Shown piece by piece: positions 1-10,904 of a DNA stretch of 32,000 nucleotides (positions within the stretch are counted from its first letter, which is position 1; each line of letters begins with the position of its first letter). The notes under the pieces were generated by a model that had not been told where the DNA came from, did no database searches, and was given only the letters and a program-made list of their open reading frames with translations. The position numbers were made by a program, and so were the translations under genes. The DNA is from Deinococcus radiodurans R1 = ATCC 13939 = DSM 20539. GTDB taxonomy: Bacteria > Deinococcota > Deinococci > Deinococcales > Deinococcaceae. The stretch lies in the NCBI RefSeq assembly GCF_000008565.1, contig NC_001263.1, positions 1,730,603 to 1,762,602 of the forward strand, read 5' to 3'.

Positions 1-1724
1 CGGATGTGAAACTCCTCGCCCGCGTACTCGTGAATCTGGGATTCGAGGTCGGCAAGGCGCACCCCGGCCTGAATGGAGAGCGTCTGCAAAAAGTCACTGT
101 CCACCTGCACCCCGCGCACTTCCATGCGCCCCAGCACGCCCGAGAGCGGCTTTTCCATCTCGTCGTACATCTTGCGCCGGGCGTCGTCGAGCAGCGGCGG
201 CAGCTCGCGCAGCAGGTGCCCGGTGATGGCGGCGCGGGTCGGGGCGTCGGCGGGCCACTCGCGGTCCAGATACCGCTTGGCCACCACCGGCATGTTGGTG
301 TTGGCGGGGTCGAGCAGGTAGGCGTAAAGCAGCGGGTCGTCGCCCGGCTCCACCACGGTGCCGCGCACGCTGAGGTGCGCCGCGAGCGCCTTGGCCGCCG
401 CCGCCGTCACCGTGCGCTGCCCGACGAACTCGGCCTCGTCCACCGTCGCCGGGAACTGTTCGCGCAGCTTGGCCCGCGCTTTTTCGGCGTCTTTCTGAGC
501 TTTTTCCAGCGCCTTCTGCTCTTTTTTGGTCAATGGTTTGTCGCTCGGCAGCAGCTCGCCGAACAGGTTCTCCGGGGCCTCCGCCTGCGCCCACTCGTCG
601 GGCTCGGAGACGGGCGCGGGGCGGGCCACACCATCCTCAAAGGTCGCGGCGGCGAGCAGCGCGGCGGTCAGGTCGTCCTCGCGTGACAGGACGTAGCCCC
701 AGACGGCGCCCTCGGCGGGGGTCTGCCACTCGGCCAGCTCGGGGGCGCTGAAGGCGGGCAGCGCGGCGGCCTCGTCCTCCTCGGGGGTCTGCGCGTGTTC
801 GCGTTCGAGCAGGTCGTCGGGGGCGTGTCCATCCTGTTCTGGCCCGTTCAGCCCCAGAATCATCGGGCGCAGCGAGTGAAGCTCAAGTTCGGTGAGCAGG
901 TCCTCGGTCACCAGCGGGTTGTCGGGCAGGCGGCGCACGCCGAATTCGATGTCGAGCGGCAGGTCGGTCACCATGCACGAGAGGTCGTGGCTGAACTTCA
1001 CGTTCTCCTCGGAGTCGAGCAGCTTCTTGCGGGTGCCGTCGGGCTTGAGGGTGCCCGCGTGCGCCGCCTCGTACACCTTCTCCAGCGTGCCGTATTCCTG
1101 CAAGAGCTTGGCCGCCGTCTTGGGGCCGATGCCCTTGGCGCCGGGGATGTTGTCGGAGGCGTCGCCGGTGAGGGCGCGGTAGTCCACCCACTGCCGCACG
1201 GTGACGCCGTATTTTTCCTCGACCTGCGCCGGGCCAATGAGCGAAAAGTCGTTGGCGATGACCTTCACGTGCTCGTCGAGCAACTGATACGCATCGCGGT
1301 CGCTCGTCACGATGCGGACTTCGTAGCCCTTGCCCTCGGCCATGCGGGTCAGCGAGGCGATCACGTCGTCGGCCTCGTAGCCGGGTTCTTCGAGCCGGGG
1401 AAAGCCGAGCGCGTCCACCAGCGCGCGGATGCGGTTGATCTGGCCGGGCAGGTCTTCGGGCGTCTGGGCGCGGCCCGACTTGTAGCCCTCGTACTGTTCG
1501 TGCCGGAAGGTCTTGACCGGCGGGTCGAAGACCACGATGACCTGATTGGATTTTTGCCGCGCCAGCCGCAGGAGCAGCTTCATGAAGCCGACAATCGCGT
1601 GGGTCATCTCGCCCTTGGAGTTGTTGAGCGGCGGCAGGGCGAAATACGAACGGAACGCCAGCGCGTGACCGTCAATCAGCACCAGCGTGTCTGGCTTGGA
1701 GGGATCTGGGGAAGCGTCGGCCAT
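1..1724 (-). CDS. polA: DNA polymerase I, N-terminal part (5'-3' exonuclease/FEN-like domain plus the start of the central region); truncated by the left window edge
   Basis: The reverse-strand frame is open from the ATG at 1724-1722 to position 1. My translation reads MADASPDPSKPDTLVLIDGHALAFRSYFALPPLNNSKGEMTHAIVGFMKLLLRLARQKSNQVIVVFDPPVKTFRHEQYEGYKSGRAQTPEDLPGQI...LTGDASDNIPGAKGIGPKTAAKLLQEYGTLEKVYEAA, which carries classic Pol I 5'-nuclease motifs. It is absent from the ORF track because there is no in-window stop. The + strand ORFs 6..686 and 795..2147 are shadows of it. Confidence 0.9.
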   Translation of the reverse strand, partial: MADASPDPSKPDTLVLIDGHALAFRSYFALPPLNNSKGEMTHAIVGFMKLLLRLARQKSNQVIVVFDPPVKTFRHEQYEGYKSGRAQTPEDLPGQINRIRALVDALGFPRLEEPGYEADDVIASLTRMAEGKGYEVRIVTSDRDAYQLLDEHVKVIANDFSLIGPAQVEEKYGVTVRQWVDYRALTGDASDNIPGAKGIGPKTAAKLLQEYGTLEKVYEAAHAGTLKPDGTRKKLLDSEENVKFSHDLSCMVTDLPLDIEFGVRRLPDNPLVTEDLLTELELHSLRPMILGLNGPEQDGHAPDDLLEREHAQTPEEDEAAALPAFSAPELAEWQTPAEGAVWGYVLSREDDLTAALLAAATFEDGVARPAPVSEPDEWAQAEAPENLFGELLPSDKPLTKKEQKALEKAQKDAEKARAKLREQFPATVDEAEFVGQRTVTAAAAKALAAHLSVRGTVVEPGDDPLLYAYLLDPANTNMPVVAKRYLDREWPADAPTRAAITGHLLRELPPLLDDARRKMYDEMEKPLSGVLGRMEVRGVQVDSDFLQTLSIQAGVRLADLESQIHEYAGEEFHI

Positions 1725-1731
1725 AGGGAGG

Positions 1732-1737
1732 ATTCTA
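1732..1737 (-). promoter_or_regulatory. Putative -10 box (TAGAAT) placed 7 nt upstream of the polA ATG, implying a leaderless mRNA
   Basis: The minus strand reads GAGTAGAATCCTCCCTATG. There is no GGAGG-type SD before the ATG. The -10-like hexamer sits at the distance expected for a leaderless transcript. Confidence 0.4.
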
Positions 1738-1820
1738 CTCTGGACGTAATTGCCGGAACGGCCTCGCAAGCAGCAAAGGGCGAAGTCAATGGACTCACAA
1801 GACAGACCACCGTCACCACA

Positions 1821-1855
1821 AAAAACCATAAAAAAGGAGCCCCCGCAGAGGCTCC
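1821..1855 (-). terminator. Intrinsic terminator of the 1873..2382 gene
   Basis: The stem is GGAGCC (1836-1841) / GGCTCC (1850-1855) with an 8-nt loop. On the minus strand it is followed by TTTTTTATGGTTTTT (the plus-strand A-run at 1821-1835). Confidence 0.65.
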
Positions 1856-1872
1856 CGCAAAAGGTCCGAACT

Positions 1873-2382
1873 TTACTTCACGCGCACGCGCAGGTTGCAG
1901 TTCACCGTCTGGCTGGCGGCGAGGCTCGGCAGTTCCCAGCGCACGTTGGTGTACTCGCTGGGGCTGGCGGGCACGGTGCGCTGCGTCGCCTTGCCGTTTT
2001 CGGTCACGGTCACGGTCTTGGTGGGGTTGGCCGAAAAGGTCTTGCCGCTGTCGATGGAAAACAGGGTGTTGGTCTTGGCCGCGTCGCAGGTGGCGGACTG
2101 GTAGATGGTGGCGGGGTCCACGCGCATGTTCAGGCGCAGGCCGTTGACGCTGCGCGCACTCACGTTCTGGACCTTCTGGGTCATTTGCAGCAGGCTGCCG
2201 GGCAGGGCGCCCTTGCCCGAGGCGTCCACGAGGCGCTCGGTGGTCTTGCCGTTCTCGGTCACCTGGGCCACGGAGTAGGTGGCGCCGCTGAGCTTGATGG
2301 GCGAGGTCGCAGCGGGCGCGGCCTGGGCAGCGAACGAAACAGAGGTCAGGGCAAGGGCGGTCAGGGTCAGATGGGTTTTCAC
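1873..2382 (-). CDS. Secreted hypothetical protein (169 aa), beta-rich, possibly a DUF11-like/Ig-like fold
   Basis: The ORF is 1873..2403. I prefer the GTG at 2382 because GGAGGA lies 6 nt upstream (minus strand: CCAGGAGGAACAACCGTGAAAACC). It then gives a clean signal peptide, MKTHLTLTALALTSVSFAAQA. I have no confident family assignment. Confidence 0.6.
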   Translation of the reverse strand: MKTHLTLTALALTSVSFAAQAAPAATSPIKLSGATYSVAQVTENGKTTERLVDASGKGALPGSLLQMTQKVQNVSARSVNGLRLNMRVDPATIYQSATCDAAKTNTLFSIDSGKTFSANPTKTVTVTENGKATQRTVPASPSEYTNVRWELPSLAASQTVNCNLRVRVK

Positions 2383-2543
2383 GGTTGTTCCTCCTGGAAA
2401 CACAGTTACAAAGAGCCTCTAGCAAATATGTGACAGCACCCTGAAAACCAGATGACCCAGCGTGACGGAATCTGACTGGATCTTGGGAAAGAGGCATTTT
2501 TCACAAAAAAGTCGGCCTTTAAGACGAACTCAAGCCCACGCCG

Positions 2544-2573
2544 TTGGACAACTATTTTAGTCGCGCCTAAAAT
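2544..2573 (+). promoter_or_regulatory. mntH promoter (-35 TTGGAC 2544-2549, 18-nt spacer, -10 TAAAAT 2568-2573) with an overlapping 20-bp palindromic operator (2554-2573), a putative DtxR/MntR-type metalloregulator site
   Basis: ATTTTAGTCGCGCCTAAAAT has 7-bp perfect arms, ATTTTAG/CTAAAAT, around TCGCGC. The -10 box ends 7 nt before the ATG at 2581, implying a leaderless transcript. Confidence 0.5.
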
Positions 2574-2580
2574 AAAGGCC

Positions 2581-3891
<1,311 letters not shown>

Positions 3892-3904
3892 AGCACGGCA
3901 AAAA

Positions 3905-3949
3905 GGCAGCCCGGGCCATTTCCTGTACGGATGGCCCGGGCTGCCTTTT
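3905..3949. terminator. Bidirectional intrinsic terminator between mntH (+) and the 3967..4251 gene (-)
   Basis: A perfect 15-bp stem, GGCAGCCCGGGCCAT (3905-3919) / ATGGCCCGGGCTGCC (3931-3945), encloses an 11-nt loop. It is flanked by AAAAA upstream and TTTTAAA downstream. Confidence 0.8.
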
Positions 3950-3966
3950 AAAGGTAAAGGACGCTC

Positions 3967-4251
3967 CTACTCGCTCTTTTCCTCCGTTCCCCAGAATTTC
4001 TCGGCCTCGGCTTCCATCTTTTCCAGCCGGGTGTAGTAGTCGGGGAACTCTTTGAGGTGCGCCAGCGCAATTTTGCCCGTCATCACGGGGTCGTCGTGGG
4101 TCACGTCGGTCTGCGGGTCGTGGGAGCCGTGCTCGAATTCGACATCCAGGCCGCGCCGAAACTCTTCGAGGTCGAACTTGTCCCAGTCCACACCAATCTG
4201 ATCCCCGATGCGGCGGGCTTCTTCAGGAGAGATGTCACGGTTTTCGCTCAT
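3967..4251 (-). CDS. Small acidic conserved hypothetical protein (94 aa)
   Basis: The ORF is 3967..4272. I prefer the ATG at 4251, since GAGGA lies 7 nt upstream and the upstream TTG start is less likely. The sequence is MSENRDISPEEARRIGDQIGVDWDKFDLEEFRRGLDVEFEHGSHDPQTDVTHDD...LAHLKEFPDYYTRLEKME. It looks like a conserved small domain, but I cannot name the family with certainty. Confidence 0.6.
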   Translation of the reverse strand: MSENRDISPEEARRIGDQIGVDWDKFDLEEFRRGLDVEFEHGSHDPQTDVTHDDPVMTGKIALAHLKEFPDYYTRLEKMEAEAEKFWGTEEKSE

Positions 4252-4297
4252 GTGAATATCCTCGCGGGCCAAGTCAAGGCGGCCGCCCCAGGGAGTT

Positions 4298-5460
4298 TCA
4301 GCTCGCCGTCAATGCCCGCGCCGCGCCCACGTAGATCTGCACGCCCTGTTCCAGCGCCGACTCGTCGATCATGAACTTGGGGTGGTGGTGAGGCGCCGTC
4401 ATGCCTTTTTCCGCGTTGCCCGCGCCGATCAGGACGAAGGTGCCGGGCGCGCGCGTCAGGTAGGCGCTGAAGTCCTCGCCGCCCATCAGCGGCACGCCGT
4501 CGCTGACGGTCACCTCGGGCAGCACCTCGCGCACGACTTTCCGCAGGCGCTCGGTGGTCGCCGGGTCGTTGTTCACCGAGCGGTAGCCGCCGTGGTACGT
4601 GAAGGTGTAGGTGGCCCCATACGCCTCACAAATGCCGCGCAGCAGGGTTTCGAGGCGCCCCGGCATCTGCGCGCGCAGCTCGTCGCTGAAAGTCCGCACG
4701 GTGCCGCCGAGCGTCACGGTGTCGGGGATGACGTTGTGGGCGCTGCCGCCGTGAATCTGGGTCACGCTGACCACGCCGGGGTCGATGGGGTCACGCAGCC
4801 GCGACACCGCCGTCTGGAACGCCATGACCACCTGCGCGGCAATGACCACCGGGTCCACCGTCTGGTGCGGCATGGCCCCGTGCCCGCCTTTGCCCTGGAT
4901 GGTGATGTCGAAGGCGTCGGGCGCGGCCATCAAGGCTCCGTCGCGCAGCACCACCGTGCCCACCGGCACCGAGGTCATGAGGTGCGTGCCCACCGCGAGG
5001 TCCACCCCGTCCATCACGCCCGCGTCCACGAGTTGCTCGGCGCCGCCGGGAAAGACTTCCTCGGCGTGCTGGAAGATGAACCGCACCTCGCCGTGCAGGT
5101 CCGCCGCCTGCGCGGAAAGCTGTTTGGCCGCGCCGAGCAGCATTGCCGTGTGCCCGTCGTGGCCGCAGGCGTGCATGACGCCGGGCGTCTGCGACTTGAA
5201 CTCCACGTCGGCTTCTTCCTCGATGGGCAGGGCGTCCATGTCGGCGCGCAGCAGCACGGTGCGGCCCGGCTTGCCCCCCTTGAGAACCGCCAGCACGCTC
5301 GTTTCGGTGGGGCGGCTGAGGTGCAGCCCCGGCATGTCGCGCAGTTGCTCCTCGACGTAGCGGGCGGTCTGGTGCTCCTGAAAGCCGAGTTCGGGGTGCT
5401 GGTGCAGGTGACGGCGCCAGGCCACCACCTGTTCGCGCAGGCCGTCGCCCAGAACGGCGC

Positions 5461-5464
<4 letters not shown>
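4298..5464 (-). CDS. M20/M20D-family amidohydrolase (N-acyl-L-amino-acid amidohydrolase / hippurate hydrolase-like)
   Basis: The 388-aa ORF has ...WRRHLHQHPELGFQEHQTARYV..., ...GVMHACGHDGHTAMLLG... and ...GGEDFSAY..., which are typical of the AmaA/HipO/ILR1-like metallo-amidohydrolase family. Confidence 0.85.
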
Positions 5465-7047
<1,583 letters not shown>

Positions 7048-7153
7048 GAAAACCTCCGAAGTTCAGGACATTGAAGTGAGGCCCTGAGCCTAGAGTGTTT
7101 GGCCTGGTCAAGGCGCCCTCTGAGCAGACAACGTGGGCGGGGCTACAGAGAAG

Positions 7154-7786
7154 TCACAACTCCACGTCCAGCGCAAGCGCCCGCCGCAGCAGGCGCCGGT
7201 ACTCCTTGTCGGTGACTTCATATACGCCGAGGGTGGCGAGGTGCGGGTTCTGAATCTGCGCGTCGAGCAGCGCGAAGCCCTGGCGGTCAAGGTGCTCAGC
7301 GAGGTGAATGAGCGCCGCCTTGCTCCCGTTGGTGAGGCGGTGAAACTTGCTCTCGGCGATGAAGGCGCCCCCGAGCGCCAGCCCCAGCACACCCCCGGCG
7401 AGTTCGTCGCCCTGCCAGACCTCGAAGGAGTGCGCCAGGCCGGTGGTATGCAGGTGCTGGTAAATCTCGACCAGCTCGTCGGAAATCCACTCGCCGTCAC
7501 GCTCGGGGCTGCCCGGCAGGTGGCCCCGGCAACCGGCGATCACCTCGTCGAAGGCCAGGTCCACGCTGGGCCGAAAGTGCTTCAGCTCGCGCCGCATTCG
7601 GCGGGCCACATGCAGCCCGGCGTCCTCGGTGAGCGGCACCAGCGCCCGACCCGGCACGCCGTACCACCGCAGGCCGTCGCCGTTGTCCATCAGAAACGAC
7701 CCCCCCGCGTAGCCCTCCGCAATCTCGCGGGTCAGGGGGTCGGGGTGCTGCAAAAAGGTGCGGGCGGCGGGCATGTGCGCCAGCAT
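7154..7786 (-). CDS. aat: Leucyl/phenylalanyl-tRNA--protein transferase
   Basis: The 210-aa ORF contains ...WISDELVEIYQHLHTTGLAHSFEVWQGDELAGGVLGLALGGAFIAESKFHRLTNGSKAAL..., which aligns with the E. coli Aat core (...HSIEVW..ELVGGMYGV..G..F.GESMFSR..NASK.AL). An alternative start is the ATG at 7774. Confidence 0.8.
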   Translation of the reverse strand: MLAHMPAARTFLQHPDPLTREIAEGYAGGSFLMDNGDGLRWYGVPGRALVPLTEDAGLHVARRMRRELKHFRPSVDLAFDEVIAGCRGHLPGSPERDGEWISDELVEIYQHLHTTGLAHSFEVWQGDELAGGVLGLALGGAFIAESKFHRLTNGSKAALIHLAEHLDRQGFALLDAQIQNPHLATLGVYEVTDKEYRRLLRRALALDVEL

Positions 7787-7935
7787 AGCCGCGCCGCCCT
7801 TGCAAAAAAGTTGCGGCAGAGGCGTTCAAACAGGGCCGAGTGACCAGCAGAACAGACGTGCCGCGGCAGCCGAACTCTTCAACCCAGCGCCGCGCATATC
7901 AGCCTGCGGTCATCCCGGCCCGCTACCCTGCGAGC

Positions 7936-8502
7936 ATGAACCTGCGTGCCCTTTTGCTGCTGCCCCTGCTCGGCCTCGCCGCCGCGCAGTCCCCGGCGAC
8001 CCCGGCTGCCCCCACCACGGCGCCTGCCCTGGTGGAAACGCCGATAACGCCTGAACCGGCCACCCCCGCGCCCGCCACCGAATCGGTCGAGGTGCCCGCC
8101 GCCGTGCAGCCCGCCCGACTCGACGACGTGAGCGCCACCCTCAGCGCCCCGCGCACCGTGAAGGGCAAGCTGCCGCTCACGCTGACGGTCAAGAGTAGCC
8201 GCGCCGCCGCCTTTAAACTCGACGTGCCGCGCGACAACGAGCAGAACTGCGTCACCGCCCCCACCGTGCGGGTGCTGCGGGTCGGCAGCCGCGACGTGGT
8301 GTACCCGATTGCTGGCGCCAGCCCGCGCCTGTGCGCTCAGGACCTCCGCAGCGATGCGGTGGCTGCCCGTGGACAGGTGAGCTATACCCGCGACCTCGAC
8401 TTGCCTGCCGGGGACTACATGGTGGAAGGCTGGCTGACGGGCTTTGCCGACGGGCTGCGGGTAAAGATTCCTGCCAAGCCGGTGCGGGTGACGGTGCGCT
8501 GA
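7936..8502 (+). CDS. Secreted hypothetical protein (188 aa) with a Pro/Ala/Thr-rich linker and a beta-sandwich-like C-terminal domain
   Basis: The ORF is 7840..8502. I prefer the internal ATG at 7936 because it gives the signal peptide MNLRALLLLPLLGLAAAQS. The C-terminal half has alternating beta-like patterning. Any resemblance to BsuPI/Ig-like inhibitor folds is speculative. Confidence 0.55.
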   Translation: MNLRALLLLPLLGLAAAQSPATPAAPTTAPALVETPITPEPATPAPATESVEVPAAVQPARLDDVSATLSAPRTVKGKLPLTLTVKSSRAAAFKLDVPRDNEQNCVTAPTVRVLRVGSRDVVYPIAGASPRLCAQDLRSDAVAARGQVSYTRDLDLPAGDYMVEGWLTGFADGLRVKIPAKPVRVTVR

Positions 8503-8794
8503 GAGGAGCGCTGGTTCTGAAGCTTTAGCTTGAGCGTTTGGCCCCAACCCCCCGCCCCTTACCCCAAAGGAGACAGGGGGCTGACGTTGGCACTGGGCAA
8601 ATGGCGGTGATGTCGCGTGTCGGGCGGCGTTTCCCCGTTGGGCGGGCGGGTCTGGATGCTCGTGATTTCTACGGACGCGAGGCCCGTGCGCCGTTGGCGC
8701 CCGACGGCCTGGCGTTCTGCGTTTCACGATTCTTCGTGAGGGGGCGAGAAAGCCACAGCCAGAGCAGTTTTTAATCCTCTGTGCTTCGTTCTCC

Positions 8795-8817
8795 CCGCTG
8801 GGCAGCCCGGCGGTTTT
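8795..8817 (+). terminator. Terminator-like GC hairpin plus a T-run, 13 nt upstream of the ACT-gene ATG
   Basis: CCGCTGGG (8795-8802), loop CAG, CCCGGCGG (8806-8813) form 8 bp including one G-U pair. TTTT follows at 8814-8817. Confidence 0.4.
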
Positions 8818-8829
8818 AGACTCGCGGGC

Positions 8830-9207
8830 ATGAGCCTGAGCCTGTCCACCATTCCCGGCGAGTACGCCGTGTGCCGCCTTGACCCACACACTGCGCCGCC
8901 CGCGTGGGCCTTTGCCGGGGAGTTGTGGAGCGTGACTCGCACCCCGGACGAGCTCTCGGTTGTCTGCGCGGCGGGGCAGGTGCCGGCGGGGGTACAGGCC
9001 GCAAAAGGGTGGGCATTGTTGAAACTGCATGGCCCCTTCGACTTCGGGCTGACGGGCATTCTCGCCAGTGTGCTCAATCCTCTGCGAGACGCGGGCGTCG
9101 GGATTTTTGCCCTGTCCACCTATGACACCGATTACGTGCTGGTGGCGCAGGAGCAGTTGGATAAAGCGGTGGCGGCCCTGCGAGACGCCGGGCATCACGT
9201 CGACTGA
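8830..9207 (+). CDS. ACT-domain-containing protein (ACT_7 / COG3603-like small-molecule-binding protein)
   Basis: The 125-aa ORF has ...EYAVCRLDP...ELSVVC...GWALLKLHGPFDFGLTGILASVLNPLRDAGVGIFALSTYDTDYVLV..., the pattern I associate with stand-alone ACT_7 proteins. TAGACT lies 7 nt upstream of the ATG and there is no SD. Confidence 0.65.
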   Translation: MSLSLSTIPGEYAVCRLDPHTAPPAWAFAGELWSVTRTPDELSVVCAAGQVPAGVQAAKGWALLKLHGPFDFGLTGILASVLNPLRDAGVGIFALSTYDTDYVLVAQEQLDKAVAALRDAGHHVD

Positions 9208-9220
9208 CAGAGCCCATGAA

Positions 9221-9255
9221 AAAGACCCTTCCAGCAATCACCGGAAGGGCTTTTT
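9221..9255. terminator. Bidirectional-looking intrinsic terminator after the ACT gene
   Basis: The stem is CCCTTCC (9226-9232) / GGAAGGG (9243-9249), flanked by AAAAAGA and CTTTTT. Confidence 0.55.
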
Positions 9256-9303
9256 GATGGTGGAGGAAGCTCACGCTTTAGCCCAGGGCATTTGACACAA
9301 AAA

Positions 9304-9355
9304 GACCCCCTCACCCCTTGCTTCGCAAGGCCCTCTCCCACCAGGGTAGAGGGTC
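9304..9355. repeat. Deinococcus-type small noncoding repeat (SNR-like), copy 1
   Basis: CCCCCTCACCCCTTGCTTCGCAAGGCCCTCTCCCA (9306-9340) recurs almost identically at 28365-28400. It contains the hairpin CCTTGC-ttc-GCAAGG (9316-9330) and a second CCCTCT...AGAGGG hairpin. Confidence 0.6.
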
Positions 9356-9453
9356 AAAAATTCGCAATATCTTTCCGTCAAATGCTCTGCGCAGCTCGTC
9401 GGCCACCAGTTCGCTGACGTTGACACCCTTACATCCCATCCTGCTGAGAGCGG

Positions 9454-10008
9454 CTACATAGACTTTGAGAGACGCAGCCAGTCCTCCCGCCGCGCCTCAT
9501 ACCGCACCAAGGGAACCTGAGCCCCCCGGTACAGGTCAGTCCCACTCTCCCCCACCGGAATAAACCCCAGCCGCTGCATCAGCGCGTGCGAGCGGACGTT
9601 GGGCGCGTGGACCTTGGCGCGCAGGACGGACAGGCCCAGTGGCCCGAAAGCGTGAGCGAGAAGCAGTTGCCCAGCGCGGGTGCCCGTGCCTTGCCCCCAG
9701 CGGTGCGGCTCCCCGATGGCGATGCCGAATTCGGCGCTCCCCGCCGTGATGTCGCCGAGGTCCACGTAACCGACCAGCTCGCCGCCCTGCCCCTCACCCC
9801 TCTGCTCGATGCCCAGGCGCAGGAAATCGGGGGAACGGTCCGCGATGATGGCCTGCCAATGCCGCCGCAGCACGCGGGGGGCGAGGCCGGGTGTCCAGCC
9901 GCTGGCGAGGCAGAACTCACGCTCGGCGCCCCAGCGCACGGCGGTTTCCTCGTCCCCAGGACGCAGCGGGCGCAGGGTGAGGCCCACCGCTGGAGATTCA
10001 GAGGCCAT
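9454..10008 (-). CDS. GNAT-family N-acetyltransferase (RimJ/RimL-like)
   Basis: The 184-aa ORF has the acetyl-CoA-binding motif ...HRWGQGTGTRAGQLLLAHAF... and ...NVRSHALMQRLGF.... Confidence 0.8.
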   Translation of the reverse strand: MASESPAVGLTLRPLRPGDEETAVRWGAEREFCLASGWTPGLAPRVLRRHWQAIIADRSPDFLRLGIEQRGEGQGGELVGYVDLGDITAGSAEFGIAIGEPHRWGQGTGTRAGQLLLAHAFGPLGLSVLRAKVHAPNVRSHALMQRLGFIPVGESGTDLYRGAQVPLVRYEARREDWLRLSKSM

Positions 10009-10032
10009 CGGTGACGGGCAGACCGGCCATGC

Positions 10033-10857
10033 TTAGCCTTCCTGCGGCAGCGCGGCGAGCGGCAGGTCGCGCTGCGCCGCCACGTATAACCAGTGGGCGG
10101 TCGTATTCGTCCGCAGCGTGGCGGCGGCGTCCTCGCCCAGCACTTCGGCCCAGCGGGCAGCAAACCCAGGTTCGAGCGGCGCGGCGGCCACCCAACCGTC
10201 GGCAGTCGGGTACAGGCGGTAGTTGTCGTAGGCGCCCGACAGCAGCCCGCCCGGCGCGGTCAGACCCACCCGGTAGGGCGCGGCGGCAAAGCGGGCGGCG
10301 TCACCCAGACCCACCATGCACTCGCGTTCCGGCTGCCCGCGCTCGCGGCTCAGCAGCAGGCCCAGCGCAGCGGCGTAGGCTTCGCGGCTGCCGGTCAGGT
10401 CGGCCACCAGCGTGCGCGGCATGGCGGGGCGGGCGGGGTCAATCAGGCCCGCTTCGGCCTGGTAAGTCAGGTCGTGGCCCGGCGCGTCGGGCTCGCGGGT
10501 ATCGCCCACGATGGTCACGCGGCACAGCCGGGGAAAGTCGCGCCCCAGCCGCTCAGGCGCCAGCCCCAGCCGGGCGAGCGCAGCGGGGCGCGAACTGGTG
10601 AGCAGCAGGTCGGCCCCGGCGAGCAGCGCGTCGAACTCGGCCTTGCCCGCTTCCGCTTTCAGGTCGATGACCCGCACCTCGATGTCCCGGTGCAACTCGG
10701 CGTACCACGCGGGCGACATCTGCGCGAGGGGATCGCCCGCCGGGCCTTCCACCTTGATGACGGTCGCTCCCGCGTCCCGCAGCGAGGCGGCGGCGAGTGG
10801 GCCGGGCACGTTGGGCGCGAGGGTGATGACCGTCCATCCCTGAAGAGGCTGAAACAT
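10033..10857 (-). CDS. CoA-transferase family III (CaiB/BaiF-like) protein, short form (274 aa)
   Basis: This is trimmed from the 593-aa track ORF to the ATG at 10857. The sequence MFQPLQGWTVITLAPNVPGPLAAASLRDAGATVIKVEGPAGDPL...IDLKAEAGKAEFDALLAGADLLLTSSRPAALARLGL matches the family III N-terminal Rossmann-like signature. The upstream 320 codons of that ORF overlap gdhA out of frame. Confidence 0.75.
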   Translation of the reverse strand: MFQPLQGWTVITLAPNVPGPLAAASLRDAGATVIKVEGPAGDPLAQMSPAWYAELHRDIEVRVIDLKAEAGKAEFDALLAGADLLLTSSRPAALARLGLAPERLGRDFPRLCRVTIVGDTREPDAPGHDLTYQAEAGLIDPARPAMPRTLVADLTGSREAYAAALGLLLSRERGQPERECMVGLGDAARFAAAPYRVGLTAPGGLLSGAYDNYRLYPTADGWVAAAPLEPGFAARWAEVLGEDAAATLRTNTTAHWLYVAAQRDLPLAALPQEG

Positions 10858-10904
10858 GCCTCCATCATGCCTGCTATGGAGAGAAAAACGGGGCGGTGCG
10901 CCGA

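Noticed and set aside
2404-2580. A possible Mn2+ riboswitch (yybP-ykoY type) in front of mntH.
   Set aside because: The promoter geometry places the transcription start at or next to the ATG, so the mRNA is leaderless and has no room for a riboswitch. I saw none of the conserved GGGGAGUAG-type riboswitch elements in the spacer.
9288-9385. A 9-bp inverted repeat, GCATTTGAC (9288-9296) / GTCAAATGC (9377-9385), flanking SNR copy 1, suggestive of MITE termini.
   Set aside because: A 9-bp inverted match within 100 bp is expected by chance roughly ten times in 32 kb. The similarity does not extend beyond 9 bp, there is no obvious target-site duplication, and the second SNR copy lacks these ends.
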